NCBI GenBank assembly: GCA_964016885.1
Contig: OZ024765.1
Coordinates: 11,284,001 to 11,348,000 of the forward strand
From: Eledone cirrhosa
Lineage: Eukaryota
DNA: 64,000 nucleotides
Direction: 5' to 3'
The position numbers and the translations under genes are program-made. This document shows, one piece after another, positions 38,961-54,999 of the stretch (position 1 is the stretch's first letter; each line of letters begins with the position of its first letter). The notes below the pieces were generated by a model, which was given only the letters and a program-made list of their open reading frames with translations, did no database searches and was not told the origin of the DNA.

Positions 38961-38996
38961 TCTTAACATTTCGGACACTAGTCCTTCATCAGAAGA
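38961..38996 (-). ncRNA. Minimal type I hammerhead ribozyme, family H1
   Basis: TCTT-CTGATGA-A-GGAC(TAGT)GTCC-GAAA-TG-TT-AAGA. Confidence 0.75.
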
Positions 38997-39103
38997 AAAA
39001 GTGAGAAATAAGATATATTGGAGGGACGGGTGGGGTAAAATTGGAAAAAATGTCTTTAGATAAAAATAACCGGTCCATTCATGTTGAAATCTCTATAAAT
39101 AAT

Positions 39104-39290
39104 AATAATTGTTTCTACTTTTGGCACAAGGCCAGCAATTATCCCAGTGTATTACTGGTACTTTATTTTATCGACCCTGTAAGGATGAAAGGCAAAGTTA
39201 ACCTCGGCGGGATTTGAACTCAGAATGGAAAGGGTCGTAACTCTTTGAGTCAAAGCATGGCGTCCGACCCTCTACCGATACTGCCAATCC
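39104..39290 (-). mobile_element. Family A SINE
   Basis: Reverse complement of 1301-1490. Confidence 0.88.
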
Positions 39291-39543
39291 AATGAAATTA
39301 TTGTGTCCAGTGCTCAGGTGCACTACAACTCACCAAAGGTGCATGTATAGTACATAGAATAATGTACAAATGTCAAGAAAGTGAACAGTGTATGAGTCAT
39401 GATATAGATGTGTGCGTATGGAGGAGGAATATCAGGTGTAGTGTTGGCAAATTTCCAGAAGTATGGAGGTCTTAAAGGATGCAGTGTCTCGACAGCTAAC
39501 AACTGTGGCAGGTAATTTGTTCCATGCTACAGAAACTCTGAGC
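39291..39543 (-). mobile_element. CR1/L2-like LINE 3' fragment (tail copies at 38738-38858(-) and 17432-17511(+))
   Basis: Minus strand LRVSVAWNKLPATVVSCRDTASFK...*, then 3'UTR GTAGTGCACCTGAGCACT..AATAATTTCATT; the other copies end in (ATT)n. Confidence 0.8.
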
Positions 39544-40680
39544 CTAGTAGTAAGGGTGTTGAGCTGACGATCATAATGTCATGTGTTCGATTCCTGGACT
39601 GGGTTGTGTGTTGTGTTCTTGAGCAAAACACTTCATTTCACATTGCTCCAGTATACTCAGTTGAAAATGTGTACCAGCAATAGCTGGAGGTTTAATCCTG
39701 TGATGGACTGGTGTCATATCCAGTGGGGAGTCTTGTACTCTCAGTTGCTTCATGCTATGGAAACCAGGATAAGTATCGTCCTGATGAACTCCAGGCTTGA
39801 CTGGTCTCCTGTCCGGTGGGGAGTCTTGTACTCTCAGTTGCTTCATGCTATGGAAACCAGGATAAGTATCGTCCTGATGAACTCCAGGCTTGACTGGTCT
39901 CCTGACCGGTGGGGAGTCTTGTACTCTCAGTTGCTTCATGCTATGGAAACCAGGATAAGTATCGTCCTGATGAATTCCAGGCTTGACTGGTCTCCTGACC
40001 GGTGGGGAGTCTTGTACTCTCAGTTGTTTCATGCTATGGAAACCAGGATAAGTATCGTCCTGATGAACTCCAGGCTTGACTGGTCTCCTGACCAGTGGGG
40101 AGTCTTGTACTCTCAGTTGCTTCATGCTATGGAAACCAGGATAAGTATCGTCCTGATGAATTCCAGGCTTGACTGGTCTCCTGACCGGTGGGGAGTCTTG
40201 TACTCTCAGTTGCTTCATGCTATGGAAACCAGGATAAGTATCGTCCTGATGAACTCCAGGCTTGACTGGTCTCCTGACCAGTGGGGAGTCTTGTACTCTC
40301 AGTTGCTTCATGCTATGGAAACCAGGATAAGTATCGTCCTGATGAATTCCAGGCTTGACTGGTCTCCTGACCGGTGGGGAGTCTTGTACTCTCAGTTGTT
40401 TCATGCTATGGAAACCAGGATAAGTATCGTCCTGATGAACTCCAGGCTTGACTGGTCTCCTGACCGGTGGGGAGTCTTGTACTCTCAGTCGCTTCATGCT
40501 ATGGAAACCAGCTAAAACCCCAGCTGATGAGCCTCTGGTCTTAAGACAGACTTCAACACTGTGATGGACTGGCTTCCTGTCCAGTGGGGTGTCTTCTATC
40601 CTCCGTTGCTTTATGCCATGGAAACGAGGATAAACGAGGCCTCATGAACCTCAAAGCTTGAGACAGACTTTTAGACCTTT
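39543..40680 (+). mobile_element. CORE-type SINE with 93-bp internal array (~8.5 copies, 39720-40510)
   Basis: B box GTTCGATTCC, TTGTGTTCTTGAGCAAAACACTT core, CCTGTGATGGACTGG..CATGCTATGGAAACC tail module amplified. Confidence 0.85.
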
Positions 40681-41382
40681 TTTTAGTAGTTACATAGAAG
40701 CTAGTGAATTTGCAAGAGTTTTTTTGTGAAAAGTGGGTGTGATTATTGTTTATAAGATGGTTGTGGTGGTGTGGTGGTGGTGGTGTAGTGGTGGTGGTGG
40801 TGGTGGTGGTGGTGTGGTGGTGGTGGTGGTGGTGGTGTAGTGGTGGTGTGATGGTGGTGGTGGTGAAGCATTTCAGTATGATGTTGTTGGAGACAAAATA
40901 CATGATTGAATCCATGAGACACATACATACAGACATACAGATATACATATACAGCAGGTCTGAACACAGAGGAACCAAACTCCCACTGTCAGTCACTGCC
41001 CCTGTCTCTCCCACTCTCCCCATCCCTCACAAGTATGAGCAAATGGGAGGGGGGGGGGGGGGGCTCACACGATCTGGCTGCCTCACGGCCCCGCCAGACA
41101 GAATAGAGAAGGTGCTTTGTCAGAGTCATGAGAAGTCAGATAGAATGCTTTGCAGTCATTGTTCTGGGTTTCTGTACTTTCTCAGTTCAAATATCACCAA
41201 GGTCAACTTTGACCTTCAACCAATTGCAGTAAATAAAATTAAAAAAAGTACCAGTACAAAACTGGGCTCAATTTTTCCTCTATATTTCTTCCTCATTTCC
41301 TCTAAATCACACACATTTTCTCCACCCCCTTCTCTGGATAACATGGAGAGAAATGGGCTTCACCAAAGACATATATATGTAT

Positions 41383-41484
<102 letters not shown>

Positions 41485-41510
41485 TTATATATATATATAT
41501 ATATATGTAT

Positions 41511-41560
<50 letters not shown>

Positions 41561-41586
41561 ATATATATATATATATATATATGTAT

Positions 41587-41686
<100 letters not shown>

Positions 41687-41708
41687 ATATATATATATAT
41701 ATATGTAT

Positions 41709-41791
<83 letters not shown>

Positions 41792-42104
41792 CATGTATGT
41801 ATATATGTATAAACATGTATGTATATATGTATAAGCATGTACATATGGATATATATATATATGTATATATAAGCATGTATGTCATCACCATCATCATCAT
41901 CATCATCATTTTACGTCCGGTTTTCCCTGCTTCCATATATATATATATATGTATGTATATATATATATATGTATATGTATATATGTATATATATGTATAT
42001 ATGTAAACATGTATGTTTTATCCCTCTCGTCCTTGTTGCTTTATGTTCAGGTTTTGATTCAATAAGATGTTCGTTAACGTAATGAAAACTAATTGAAATA
42101 TCAA

Positions 42105-45100
42105 CATACTGCAGTTACAGCAGCAACAACAACAACACCACCAGCAGTTACAGCAACAACAACAATACCAGCAGTTAGAACAGCAACAACAATACCAACA
42201 GGAACAACAACAACAATACCAACAGGAACAACAACAACAACAACACCAGCAGTTACAACAACAACAATACCAGCAGTTAGAACAGCAACAACAACAACAA
42301 CAATACCAACAGGAACAACAACAACAACAACAACAATACCAACAGGAACAACAGTACATAATATCATCACCAACAATAACAACCACCACTACTAACATCA
42401 CCACCACCACCACCACCACTACTATCACATAGTAACATCACCACTATCACCACCACCACCACCACCACCACCACTACATACTAACATCACCACTATCACC
42501 ACCACCACCACCACCACCACTACATAGTAACATCACCACTACCACCACCACCACCACCACCACAACTACATAGTAACATCACCACTATCACCACCACTAC
42601 CACCACCACCACTACATACTAACATCACCACTATCACCACCACCACCACTACATACTACCACCAACAACCACTACAACCACCACCACCACCACAACCACT
42701 ACCCACCACCACCACCATCAAAACCACTACTCACCACCACCACCCCCACAACCACCATCACCACAACCACTACCACCACCATCAACAACACAACCACTAC
42801 TACCACCAACAACCACTACAACCACCACCACCACAACCACTACCTCCACCACCACCACCATCAACAACACAACCACTACTACCACCAACAAACCACTACA
42901 ACCACCACAACCACCACCACCACCACCACCACCACCATTATCAACAACACAACCACTACTACCTCCACCACCACCACAACCACTACCTCCACCACCACCA
43001 TCAACAACACAACCACTACTACCACCAACAACCACCACCACCACAACCACTACCTCCACCACCACCACCACCACCATCAACAACACAACCACTACTACCA
43101 CCAACAACCACTACAACCACCACCACCACAACCACTACCTCCACCACCACCACCATCAACAACACAACCACTACAACCACCACCACCACAACCACTACCT
43201 CCACCACCACCACCACCAACAACACAACCACTACTACCACCAACAACCACTACAACCACCACCACCACAACCACTACCTCCACCACCACCACCATCAACA
43301 ACACAACCACTACAACCACCACCACCACTACCACCACCACCACCATTATCAACAACACAACCACTACTACCACCAACAACCACTACAACCACCACCACCA
43401 CAACCACTACCTCCACCACCATCAACAACAACACAACCACTACTACCACCAACAACCACTACAACCACCACCACCACCACCACTACCACCACCACCACCA
43501 TCAACAACACAACCACTACTGCCACCAACAACCACTACAACCACCACCACCACCACCACTACCTCCACCACCACCACCACCACCACCAACAACCACTACA
43601 ACCACCACCACCACAACCACCACCACCACCAACAACATAACCACTACTACCACCAACAACCACCACCACAACCACTACCTCCACTATCACCACCACCATC
43701 AACAACACAACCACTACTACCACCAACAACCACTACAACCACCACCACCACAACCACTACCTCCACCACCACCACCATCAACAACACAACCACTACTACC
43801 ACCACCACCACAACCACTACCTCCACCACCACCACCATCAACAACACAACCACTACTACCACCAACAACCACTACAACCACCACCACCACAACCACTACC
43901 TCCACCACCACCACCACCATCAACAACACAACCACTACTACCACCAACAACCACTACAACCACCACCACCACCACCACTACCTCCACCACCACCACCACC
44001 ATCAACAACACAACCACTACTACCACCAACAACCACCACCACCACAACCACTACCTCCACCACCACCACCATCAACAACACAACCACTACTACCACCACC
44101 ACCACCACAACCACTACCTCCACCACCACCACCATCAACAACACAACCACTACTACCACCAACAACCACTACAACCACCACCACCACAACCACTACCTCC
44201 ACCACCACCACCACCATCAACAACACAACCACTACTACCACCAACAACCACTACAACCACCACCACCACCACCACTACCACCACCACCACCACCACCACC
44301 AACAACACAACCACTACTACCACCAACAACCACTACACCACCACCACCACCACCACTACCTCCACCACCACCACCACCATCAACAACACAACCACTACAA
44401 CCACCACCACCACCACCAACAACCACTACAACCACCACCACCACAACCACCACCACCAACAACATAACCACTACTACCACCAACAACCACCACCACAACC
44501 ACTACAACCACCACCACCACAACCACTACCTCCACTATCAGCACCACCATTATCAAACAACATAACCACTACTACCACCAACAACCACCACCACAACCAC
44601 TACCTCCACTATCACCACCACCATTATCAACAACATAACCACTACTACCACCAACAACCACCACCACAACCACTACCTCCACTATCACCACCACCATTAT
44701 CAACAACATAACCACTACTACCACCAACAACCACCACCACAACCACTACCTCCACTACCACCACCACCATTATCAACAACACAACCACTACTACCACCAA
44801 CAACCACTACAACGACCACCACCACCACAACCACCAAAACCACCACCACCACCAACAACACTACAACGACCACCACCAACAACCACCACCACCACCACCA
44901 CATCAACACCACAACCACCACCAGCACCACCAACAACAACAACAGGAACAACACAAACAATAACAACAACATCAACAATAGTTTCAACAACAGCAACAAT
45001 AGGAACAACAGCAGCAACGACAACAACAGCAGCAGCAGCAACAACAGCAGCAGCAGCAACAACAGCAACAACAATAGGAACAACAACAACAGTAACAACA

Positions 45101-45200
45101 ACAACAACAACAACAGCAACAACAGCAACAACAACAACAACAGCAGCAGCAACAACAACAACAGCAACAGTAACAACAACAGCAACAACAACAACAGCAG
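42105..45200. repeat. Degenerate (CAC)/(CAA)/(CAG) trinucleotide minisatellites
   Basis: Direct inspection. Confidence 0.95.
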
Positions 45201-45304
45201 CATTGACTTATTTTGTAGAATATAATCAAAAGTGTGAGAAATGGGAGAATTTTTTACCATTCTTAAGTCACGAAACCAATAAGATCACGCAAACTAATGT
45301 GTGA

Positions 45305-45358
<54 letters not shown>

Positions 45359-45361
45359 GTA

Positions 45362-45402
<41 letters not shown>

Positions 45403-45458
45403 TTACATACATACATACATATACATATACATACATACATATACATACATACATACAT

Positions 45459-45497
<39 letters not shown>

Positions 45498-46185
45498 CAT
45501 GCATATATATATACATGCATATATATATACATACATATATATATACATACATATATATATATACATACATACATATATATATATATACATACATATATAT
45601 ATACATACATATATATATATATACACATACATATATATATACACATACATACATATATATATACACATACATAATATATATATACACATACATACATATA
45701 TATATATATACACACATACATATATATATATATATACATATATGTATGTATATAAAAAAATATAAATATATATACATACACACACACAAATACATACACA
45801 CATATAAATATATATACATATATATATATATATGTGTACACATATATATGTACGTATGTATATACAAATGTGTATGTTAATATGTCAACATAGGTATGTA
45901 TGTGTTTATGTGTGTGAATGGGTGTAGGCCCAAATGTTAATATAGACTGTGTAGGCATGTCCACTTTCATATATACTTGTGTGTATAGAGTCATATATAT
46001 CATATATATATACATACATATGTATATATATACATACGTATATATATATATATATATATAGGGAATAGCGTTTCTTTCAAACATTTTATATTTATAAGAC
46101 ATGACTGTGTTCATGTTTCATCTCTTTCATTATATATATAATAAACATATATACACATATATATCCCTATATAAATGTATACATG

Positions 46186-46234
<49 letters not shown>

Positions 46235-46480
46235 CCATATATATATATATATCCATATATATATATATATATCCATATATATATATCTATATATATATCC
46301 ATATATATATATATATCCATATATATATATATATATATCCATATATATATATATATCCATATATATATATATCCATATATCCATATATATATATATACAT
46401 ACATACATACATGTATATATACATACATACATACATACATGTATATATGGCCTGGTGGTGGTACATACATACATTCATAC

Positions 46481-46604
<124 letters not shown>

Positions 46605-46689
46605 GTATATATATATATCATCATCATCAACGTATAATGTCTATCTTCCACGCTAGCATGAGTTTAGACAGTCATATATATATATATAC

Positions 46690-46720
<31 letters not shown>

Positions 46721-47269
46721 CATACACATATACACATACATATATATATATATATACACATACACACATATATATATACACATATATATATATACATACA
46801 CATACACACATATATATATACACATATATATATATACATACACATACACACATATATATATACACATATATATATATACATACACATATACATATATATA
46901 TATATATATATATACATACACATATACATATTTATATATATACATACACATATACATATATATATATATATACATATACACATACACATACATATATATA
47001 TATATATATATACACATATATATATATATACACACACATATATATATATATACACATATATATATATATACACACATATATATATATATATACACACATA
47101 TATATATATATATACACAGGTATATATTTCCCATATATTTTATGCTTTGCTCTGGAACATTAACTCTCCAAAGGACATTAACATTCCAAGACCTTCCAAG
47201 CTTCATGTTCGGTATTGGAGATAGTCAGATAACATGGTGGCATCTCATTCTTTACACCCACATCAAACT

Positions 47270-47355
47270 TCCACCACCACCACCACCATCATCATCATAA
47301 TAACCACCACCACCACCACCACCGTCATCATAATAACCACTACCATCATCACCAC

Positions 47356-47387
<32 letters not shown>

Positions 47388-47620
47388 CCATCACCATCGT
47401 CGTCTGCATTATTACCATCATCATAATAACCACCACCACCACCATCATAATAACCACCATCACCATCATCATAATAACCACCACCACCACCACCATCATC
47501 ATCATAATAACCACCACCATCATCATCATAATAACCACCACCACCACCACCATCATCATCATAATAACCACCACCATCATCATCATAATAACCACCACCA
47601 CCACCACCACCACCACCACC

Positions 47621-47651
<31 letters not shown>

Positions 47652-48123
47652 CCACCACCATCATAATAACCACCATCACCATCATCATAATAACCACCAC
47701 CACCACCACCATCATCATCATAACCACCACCACCACCACCACCACCACCACCATCACCACCACCACCACCACCATCATCACCACCACCATCATCATAATA
47801 ACCACCATCATCATCATCGTCTGCATTATTACCATCATCATAATAACCACCACCACCACCACCACCACCATCACCATCATAATAACCGTCATCATCATCA
47901 TCATCACCACCGTCATCATCATCATCATCATCATCATCAACGTCTGCATTATTACCATCACCACCACCACCACCACCACAACCACCATCATCATCATCTC
48001 CATTTCACCCCCCCCTCCTCTTCCCCCCTCTCCTCACCTCTTATTCTCTCTCACACCACCTCCCTCTTCTCTCAGTCACAACTACTCTCTCCTTCATAAC
48101 TTTTCCCCCCTTTTCCTGCCTGC

Positions 48124-48155
<32 letters not shown>

Positions 48156-48159
48156 CCCT

Positions 48160-48200
<41 letters not shown>

Positions 48201-48409
48201 AAACCTTATACTCTCTCTCCCTCTCTCTGTCAAACCGCATACTCTCTCTCTCTCTCTCTCTCTCTCAAACCTCATACTCTCTCTCCCTCTCTCTCTCTCT
48301 CAAACCTCATACTCTCTCTCCCTCTCAGTCTCTCTCTCTGTCAAACCTCATACTCTCTCTCCCTCTCAGTCTCTCTCTCTCTGTCAAACCTCATACTCTC
48401 TCTCCCTCT

Positions 48410-48453
<44 letters not shown>

Positions 48454-48480
48454 CCTCATACTCTCTCTCTCTCTCATACA
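47270..48480. repeat. (CAC)/(CAT) trinucleotide tract followed by a (CT)n minisatellite
   Basis: Direct inspection; TCAAACCTCATACTCTCTC units in the CT part. Confidence 0.92.
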
Positions 48481-48996
48481 CCTCCTCCATCTTCCCTCAC
48501 CTCTTCTCACTGCCCTCGCCTCCATCCCCCCCACCCCCCACTGCACCACATCCCCTCAAAAAACAACATGGCCCTGAGCCTTTTAATTAAAGAACATTAC
48601 ACTCACTGCCATCAAAACATTCTGCTCCAGGGGAAATATGTACTCACATCAAGAAACCTTAACAATGAAATGAGTTCCTGCTCTTCATATATATATATAT
48701 ATATATATGTGTGTGATATATATATATGTGTGTGTGTCTGAGTGTGTATATGTATATATATATATATATGTGTGTGTGAGTGTGTATATGTATGTATAAA
48801 TATGTGTGTGTGTCTGAGTGTGTATATGTATATATATGTGTGTGTGTCTGAGTGTGTATATGTATATATATATATATATGTGTGTGTGTCTGAGTGTGTA
48901 TATGTATGTATATATATATATATACATATGTGTGTGTCTGAGTGTGTATATGTATGTATATATATATATATATGTGTGTGTCTGAGTGTGTATATG

Positions 48997-49029
<33 letters not shown>

Positions 49030-49038
49030 CTGAGTGTG

Positions 49039-49073
<35 letters not shown>

Positions 49074-49286
49074 CTGAGTGTGTGTATATATATATATGTA
49101 TGTATATATATATATGTGTGTGTCTGAGTGTGTATATGTATGTAAATATATATCTGTGTGTGTCTGAGTGTGTATATGTATATATATATATGTGTATATG
49201 TATGTATATATATGTGTGTCTGAGTATGTATATGTATATATATATATATATATGTGTGTGTCTGAGTGAGTGTATATGTATATATA

Positions 49287-49385
49287 TAGGGTGTCCCCCA
49301 AAATGTATACATACTTTGATTACCTGTACAGGCAATATTTATTAGAATGCTGTTGAAGTGTGTATACAATTTTTGGGTCACCCTG
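49287..49385. mobile_element. Tc1/mariner-like MITE in (TA)n; second diverged copy at about 51103-51197
   Basis: TIRs AGGGTGTCCCCCAAAATGTATAC / GTATACAATTTTTGGGTCACCCTG; TA flanks. Confidence 0.75.
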
Positions 49386-49398
49386 TATATATACATAC

Positions 49399-49430
<32 letters not shown>

Positions 49431-49435
49431 GTGTG

Positions 49436-49492
<57 letters not shown>

Positions 49493-49529
49493 ATATATAT
49501 ATGTATATATATATATATATATGTGTATA

Positions 49530-49708
<179 letters not shown>

Positions 49709-50166
49709 TTATTTATATATTTTAATCTATTTATACTATTTTGGCTTGTTTCCTTCAGGGTTTTTTTCTTGGACAACCACCTCTCTTCTTTGCTCTCTCT
49801 CTCTCCACCTCCACCTATCCCCATCCCTCCCCCCACCCATCCCTCCACCTCCATCTCCACCTTTAACCTCTCCTCCTTGCTGCCTCCCCTCTCAATAACA
49901 ACACTATATGACACAAGTATAAACAACAACAACAACCACCACCAACAAACAAACAAAGCTGCAGTAACATATTTAGTTAAATATAACTAATTAGATTAAA
50001 TGTTGTTGTTGCTGTTACAGGTGTTGTTGGCAGTAATGAGGTTGTTGTTGGTGTTGGTGGTGTGGTTGGGGTGTTAGGGGTGGAGGTAGTGGTGGTGGTG
50101 GTGGTGGTGTAATGATGGGGGTGTATTGGTGGTGGTGATGGTGTATTGGTGGGGGGGGGGGGCATG

Positions 50167-50467
<301 letters not shown>

Positions 50468-50484
50468 TAGATAAATAGGTAGGT

Positions 50485-50555
<71 letters not shown>

Positions 50556-50564
50556 AATAGGTAG

Positions 50565-50595
<31 letters not shown>

Positions 50596-50626
50596 TAGGT
50601 AGATATATATATATATATTAATAGGT

Positions 50627-50661
<35 letters not shown>

Positions 50662-50706
50662 TAGGTAGATATATAGGGATATATATATATATATATATTA
50701 ATAGGT

Positions 50707-50747
<41 letters not shown>

Positions 50748-50752
50748 TAGGT

Positions 50753-50815
<63 letters not shown>

Positions 50816-50852
50816 TAGGTAGATATATAGGGATATATATATATATATTAAT

Positions 50853-50889
<37 letters not shown>

Positions 50890-50902
50890 TAGGTAGATAT
50901 AT

Positions 50903-50937
<35 letters not shown>

Positions 50938-50970
50938 GATATGTAACCAAACACTTATTCACATCATAAT

Positions 50971-51014
50971 TTGATTTACAATAGTTTCATCCTCATGGGA
51001 CTTATCAAAACCAA
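50971..51014 (-). ncRNA. Type I hammerhead motif with U3-A8 core variant (H5)
   Basis: TTGGTT-TTGATAA-GTCC(CATGA)GGAT-GAAA-CTATTG-TA-AATCAA. Confidence 0.55.
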
Positions 51015-51065
51015 TCATCTTATCAATAATTACCTCACCATCTTTATCTTTTCAAACATACGCAC

Positions 51066-51096
<31 letters not shown>

Positions 51097-51193
51097 TATA
51101 TAAATGGTGTCCCCCAAAAATGTATACACTTTGATTACCTGCACAGGCGATATTTATTAGAGCGCTGTTGAACTGATTATACATCTTTTGCAA

Positions 51194-51292
<99 letters not shown>

Positions 51293-51412
51293 TATGTATA
51301 TTAGCAGTAGTACAAACACAGCATTTATCTATCTTTCTATGTATCTATATATAATAGTATATATGATATATATCTATAATAGTATTATATATATATATAT
51401 ATACATGTATTA

Positions 51413-51448
<36 letters not shown>

Positions 51449-51693
51449 GTTCAAAGTTATATAAGGCTAAACAATGAAAAATGGAAGGTAAGATGAAGCT
51501 AACAAAAAAGTTAGTTACCTGGTAATATATTTTGTCTCTTTTTGTGACTTTTCTTTCATCAAGTTTTTCGTTACCTTCATCTTACAGTCCATTCTGCATT
51601 GTATATTTCTCCATTATATATTAGATACAATGCTTCAAGCAAACTACAATATTTTATTATTAATATATATATAAATATATATATTAATGAGTT

Positions 51694-52813
51694 AACCTAC
51701 AGTCAGTAGGCACCTCCTAACCAAATATACACCCCAACCCACTACCTCCACTCCATCCTTCCACTACCACCAACATCACCCTTTCTCTGTAAAGTTATGT
51801 CGGTACCACAACATCCAGTTCAAACTAAAGAGGTCGTGTAGGTGTCACGACAAAAAAACACACAGTCCACACTGTAAAGTGGTCATGTAGGTGTCACGAC
51901 AAAAAGCACCCAGTCCACACTGTAAAGTGGTCATGTAGGTGTCACGACAAAAAGCACCCAGTCCACACTGTAAAGTGGTCATGTAGGTGTCACGACAAAA
52001 AAACACACAGTCCACACTGTAAAGTGGTCATGTAGGTGTCACGACAAAAAGCACCCAGTCCACACTGTAAAGTGGTCATGTAGGTGTCACGACAAAAAGC
52101 ACCCAGTCCACACTGTAAAGTGGTCATGTAGGTGTCACGACAAAAAGCACCCAGTCCACACTGTAAAGTGGTCATGTAGGTGTCATGACAAAAAGCACCC
52201 AGTCCACACTGTAAAGTGGTCATGTAGGTGTCACGACAAAAAGCACCCAGTCCACACTGTAAAGTGGTCATGTAGGTGTCACGACAAAAAGCACCCAGTC
52301 CACACTGTAAAGTGGTCATGTAGGTGTCATGACAAAAAGCACCCAGTCCACACTGTAAAGTGGTCATGTAGGTGTCACGACAAAAAGCACCCAGTCCACA
52401 CTGTAAAGTGGTCATGTAGGTGTCACGACAAAAAGCACCCAGTCCACACTGTAAAGTGGTCATGTAGGTGTCACGACAAAAAGCACCCAGTCCACACTGT
52501 AAAGTGGTCATGTAGGTGTCACGACAAAAAAGCACCCAGTCCACACTGTAAAGTGGTCATGTAGGTGTCATGACAAAAAGCACCCAGTCCACACTGTAAA
52601 GTGGTCATGTAGGAGACATGGTAAAACGGCTCTCAGTCCACACTGTAAATGTAGTTGGTTTAGGAAGGGCATTCAGCTGTAGAGAACCTGCGAGAAACAG
52701 TCCTATATGAGCGAGACATGGTCTCCCAATCAATCTTGCCTCAAGTGGGACAATTCCCATCTAACCCATGCTAGCGTGGAAGATAGATGTTAAACAATGA
52801 TGATGATGATGAT
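51694..52813 (+). mobile_element. RTE family 2 3'UTR with 48-bp array (~16 copies, 51831-52615)
   Basis: Unit GTGGTCATGTAGGTGTCACGACAAAAAGCACCCAGTCCACACTGTAAA; (TGA)n tail. Confidence 0.9.
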
Positions 52814-52840
52814 ATATTATATATATATATATATATATAT

Positions 52841-53129
52841 AGGTGACATGATTTCTTTGTCAGCTCGATAACAGTGACCAGCAAACTGTAGTCTTTTTTG
52901 TTTGAGTCTGAGGAATATTGGAATCAAAACTCTGTAGATTTCATCTCTCTTTCTGTGGCATCCCTCTGGATGTGTCTATTTACGAAAGCTGACTTTCCTA
53001 GACACCATAGCTCAGGACTCAGGGTTGGACATAAGGGATCTGGGGACAGCAATGCAGGACCAAACAGTGTGGAAAGAGATTGTCAAGAGAGTTCTGACTG
53101 CCCACAAGGATGATGATGATGATGATGAT
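52841..53129 (+). mobile_element. RTE-like LINE 3' end with 5' inversion
   Basis: 52990-52841(-) EIYRVLIPIFLRLKQKRLQFAGHCYRADKEIMS; 52985-53110(+) LTFLDTIAQDSGL..AMQDQTVWKEIV, then (TGA)n. Confidence 0.8.
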
Positions 53130-53659
53130 ATATACATATGTATCTAAGTATCTATGTATGTATATCAAAGTAATAACAAAAATAACAAAACAAACAGCAC
53201 AGTACATGGAAGAAACATATTAGTGGTATAGGTACCTAGTGGTGATGGATGGGAGGAAGGTGAGAGGAGGAAAGGAGAAAGATCATTTCATTAATGAGGA
53301 GTGAAGAAGGGGAAGGCATACATATACTAGAATTGTGTTCAATATGCTGGCGTATAAGTATATATGTATATGTGCGTATGCATACATTTATATGTATGAG
53401 TATATAAATATAAATGTGCAAACACAGACACTCACAAAAATACACACTCACAGACATGCAGTCACACGAACACACACATTCTCACACACAGACATACACA
53501 CTTTCTTCCTTTTACAACACACACATTCACGCAGCAGCAGACATAAAGAGAGAGGAGCAGTATGAGGTAGTCAAACTACCCCACTCTCTTTATGTGTTGT
53601 GACAGAATCGCAGAAATTTATATATAGATGAAAGATGGGTTGGACATCAGAGAACCATG

Positions 53660-54403
53660 GACATTTTTTTTTTAAATGAGAGATAGATTATTCTATGAAA
53701 GAATTAAGTTCTTACTATATAATGGAAAATTGAGCTTAAAATATGGACATTTTTAAAAATGAGAGATAAATCGTACAATAGAGTCAAATAATCAATTATT
53801 TTGTCAATATTAAACTAATATTTAACAAAAAGTATTTACCCTATGATGGCATAATTCAGTTTAAAATATGGATACTTTTAAAATCGAAAGATAGATTGTG
53901 CTATGAAAGTGTTGAGTTCTTACTATGGAAAATTCTTAATATGGAAAATTGAGCTTAAAATATGGACATTTTTAAAAATGAGAGATAAATCGTACAATAG
54001 AGTCAAATAATCAATTATTTTGTCAATATTAAACTAATATTTAACAAAAAGTATTTACCCTATGATGGCATAATTCAGTTTAAAATATGGATACTTTTAA
54101 AAACGAGAGATAGATTGTGCTATGAAAGTGTTGAGTTCTTACTATGGAAAATTCTTAATATGGAAAATTGAGCTTAAAATATGGACATTTTTAAAAATGA
54201 GAGATAAATCGTACAATAGAGTCAAATAATCAATTATTTTGTCAATATTAAACTAATATTTAACAAAAAGTATTTACCCTATGATGGCATAATTCAGTTT
54301 AAAATATGGATACTTTTAAAAACGAGAGATAGATTGTGCTATGAAAGTGTTGAGTTCTTACTATGGAAAATTCTTAATATGGAAAATTGAGCTTAAAATA
54401 TGG
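53660..54403. repeat. 219-bp AT-rich tandem repeat, ~3.4 copies
   Basis: ATGGAAAATTGAGCTTAAAATATGG at 53722, 53941, 54160, 54379. Confidence 0.92.
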
Positions 54404-54679
54404 TGATAGCTTCATCTTTACAGATGGTTATCTGTTGTCAGCTCTTTGTGTTCCCTCCCCCTTACCGATTACACAACAACAATCAGCCTTCCTCCACCCC
54501 TGCAAAAGACATACACCTTCCCATCCTCTGACATAACTCCAATATAAGTAATAACCTATATGGCTGCCAGAAAACCATGACAGCTCCCACCAACACTTTA
54601 CCTTCTGAGATGAAGAAACTATGGAAGTGGCAGTATTTCATTGGTATAATCTTGTGAGACATCCTCACAGCCAGTGTTA

Positions 54680-54963
54680 TACAAACAAATATATATGAAT
54701 ACATACAAATATATATGAATACATACGTACATACAAATATATAAACATATACATACATACATGTATCTAAAGACATCCTCACAGCCAGAGTGTTATATAT
54801 GCTGCCATACAAACAAATATATATGAATACATACATACAAATATATAAACATATACATACATACATGTATCTAAAGACATGCACACACACATATATATAT
54901 ACAAATATATACATACATACAAATATATAAACATATACATAAATACATGTATATAAAGACATG

Positions 54964-54999
<36 letters not shown>

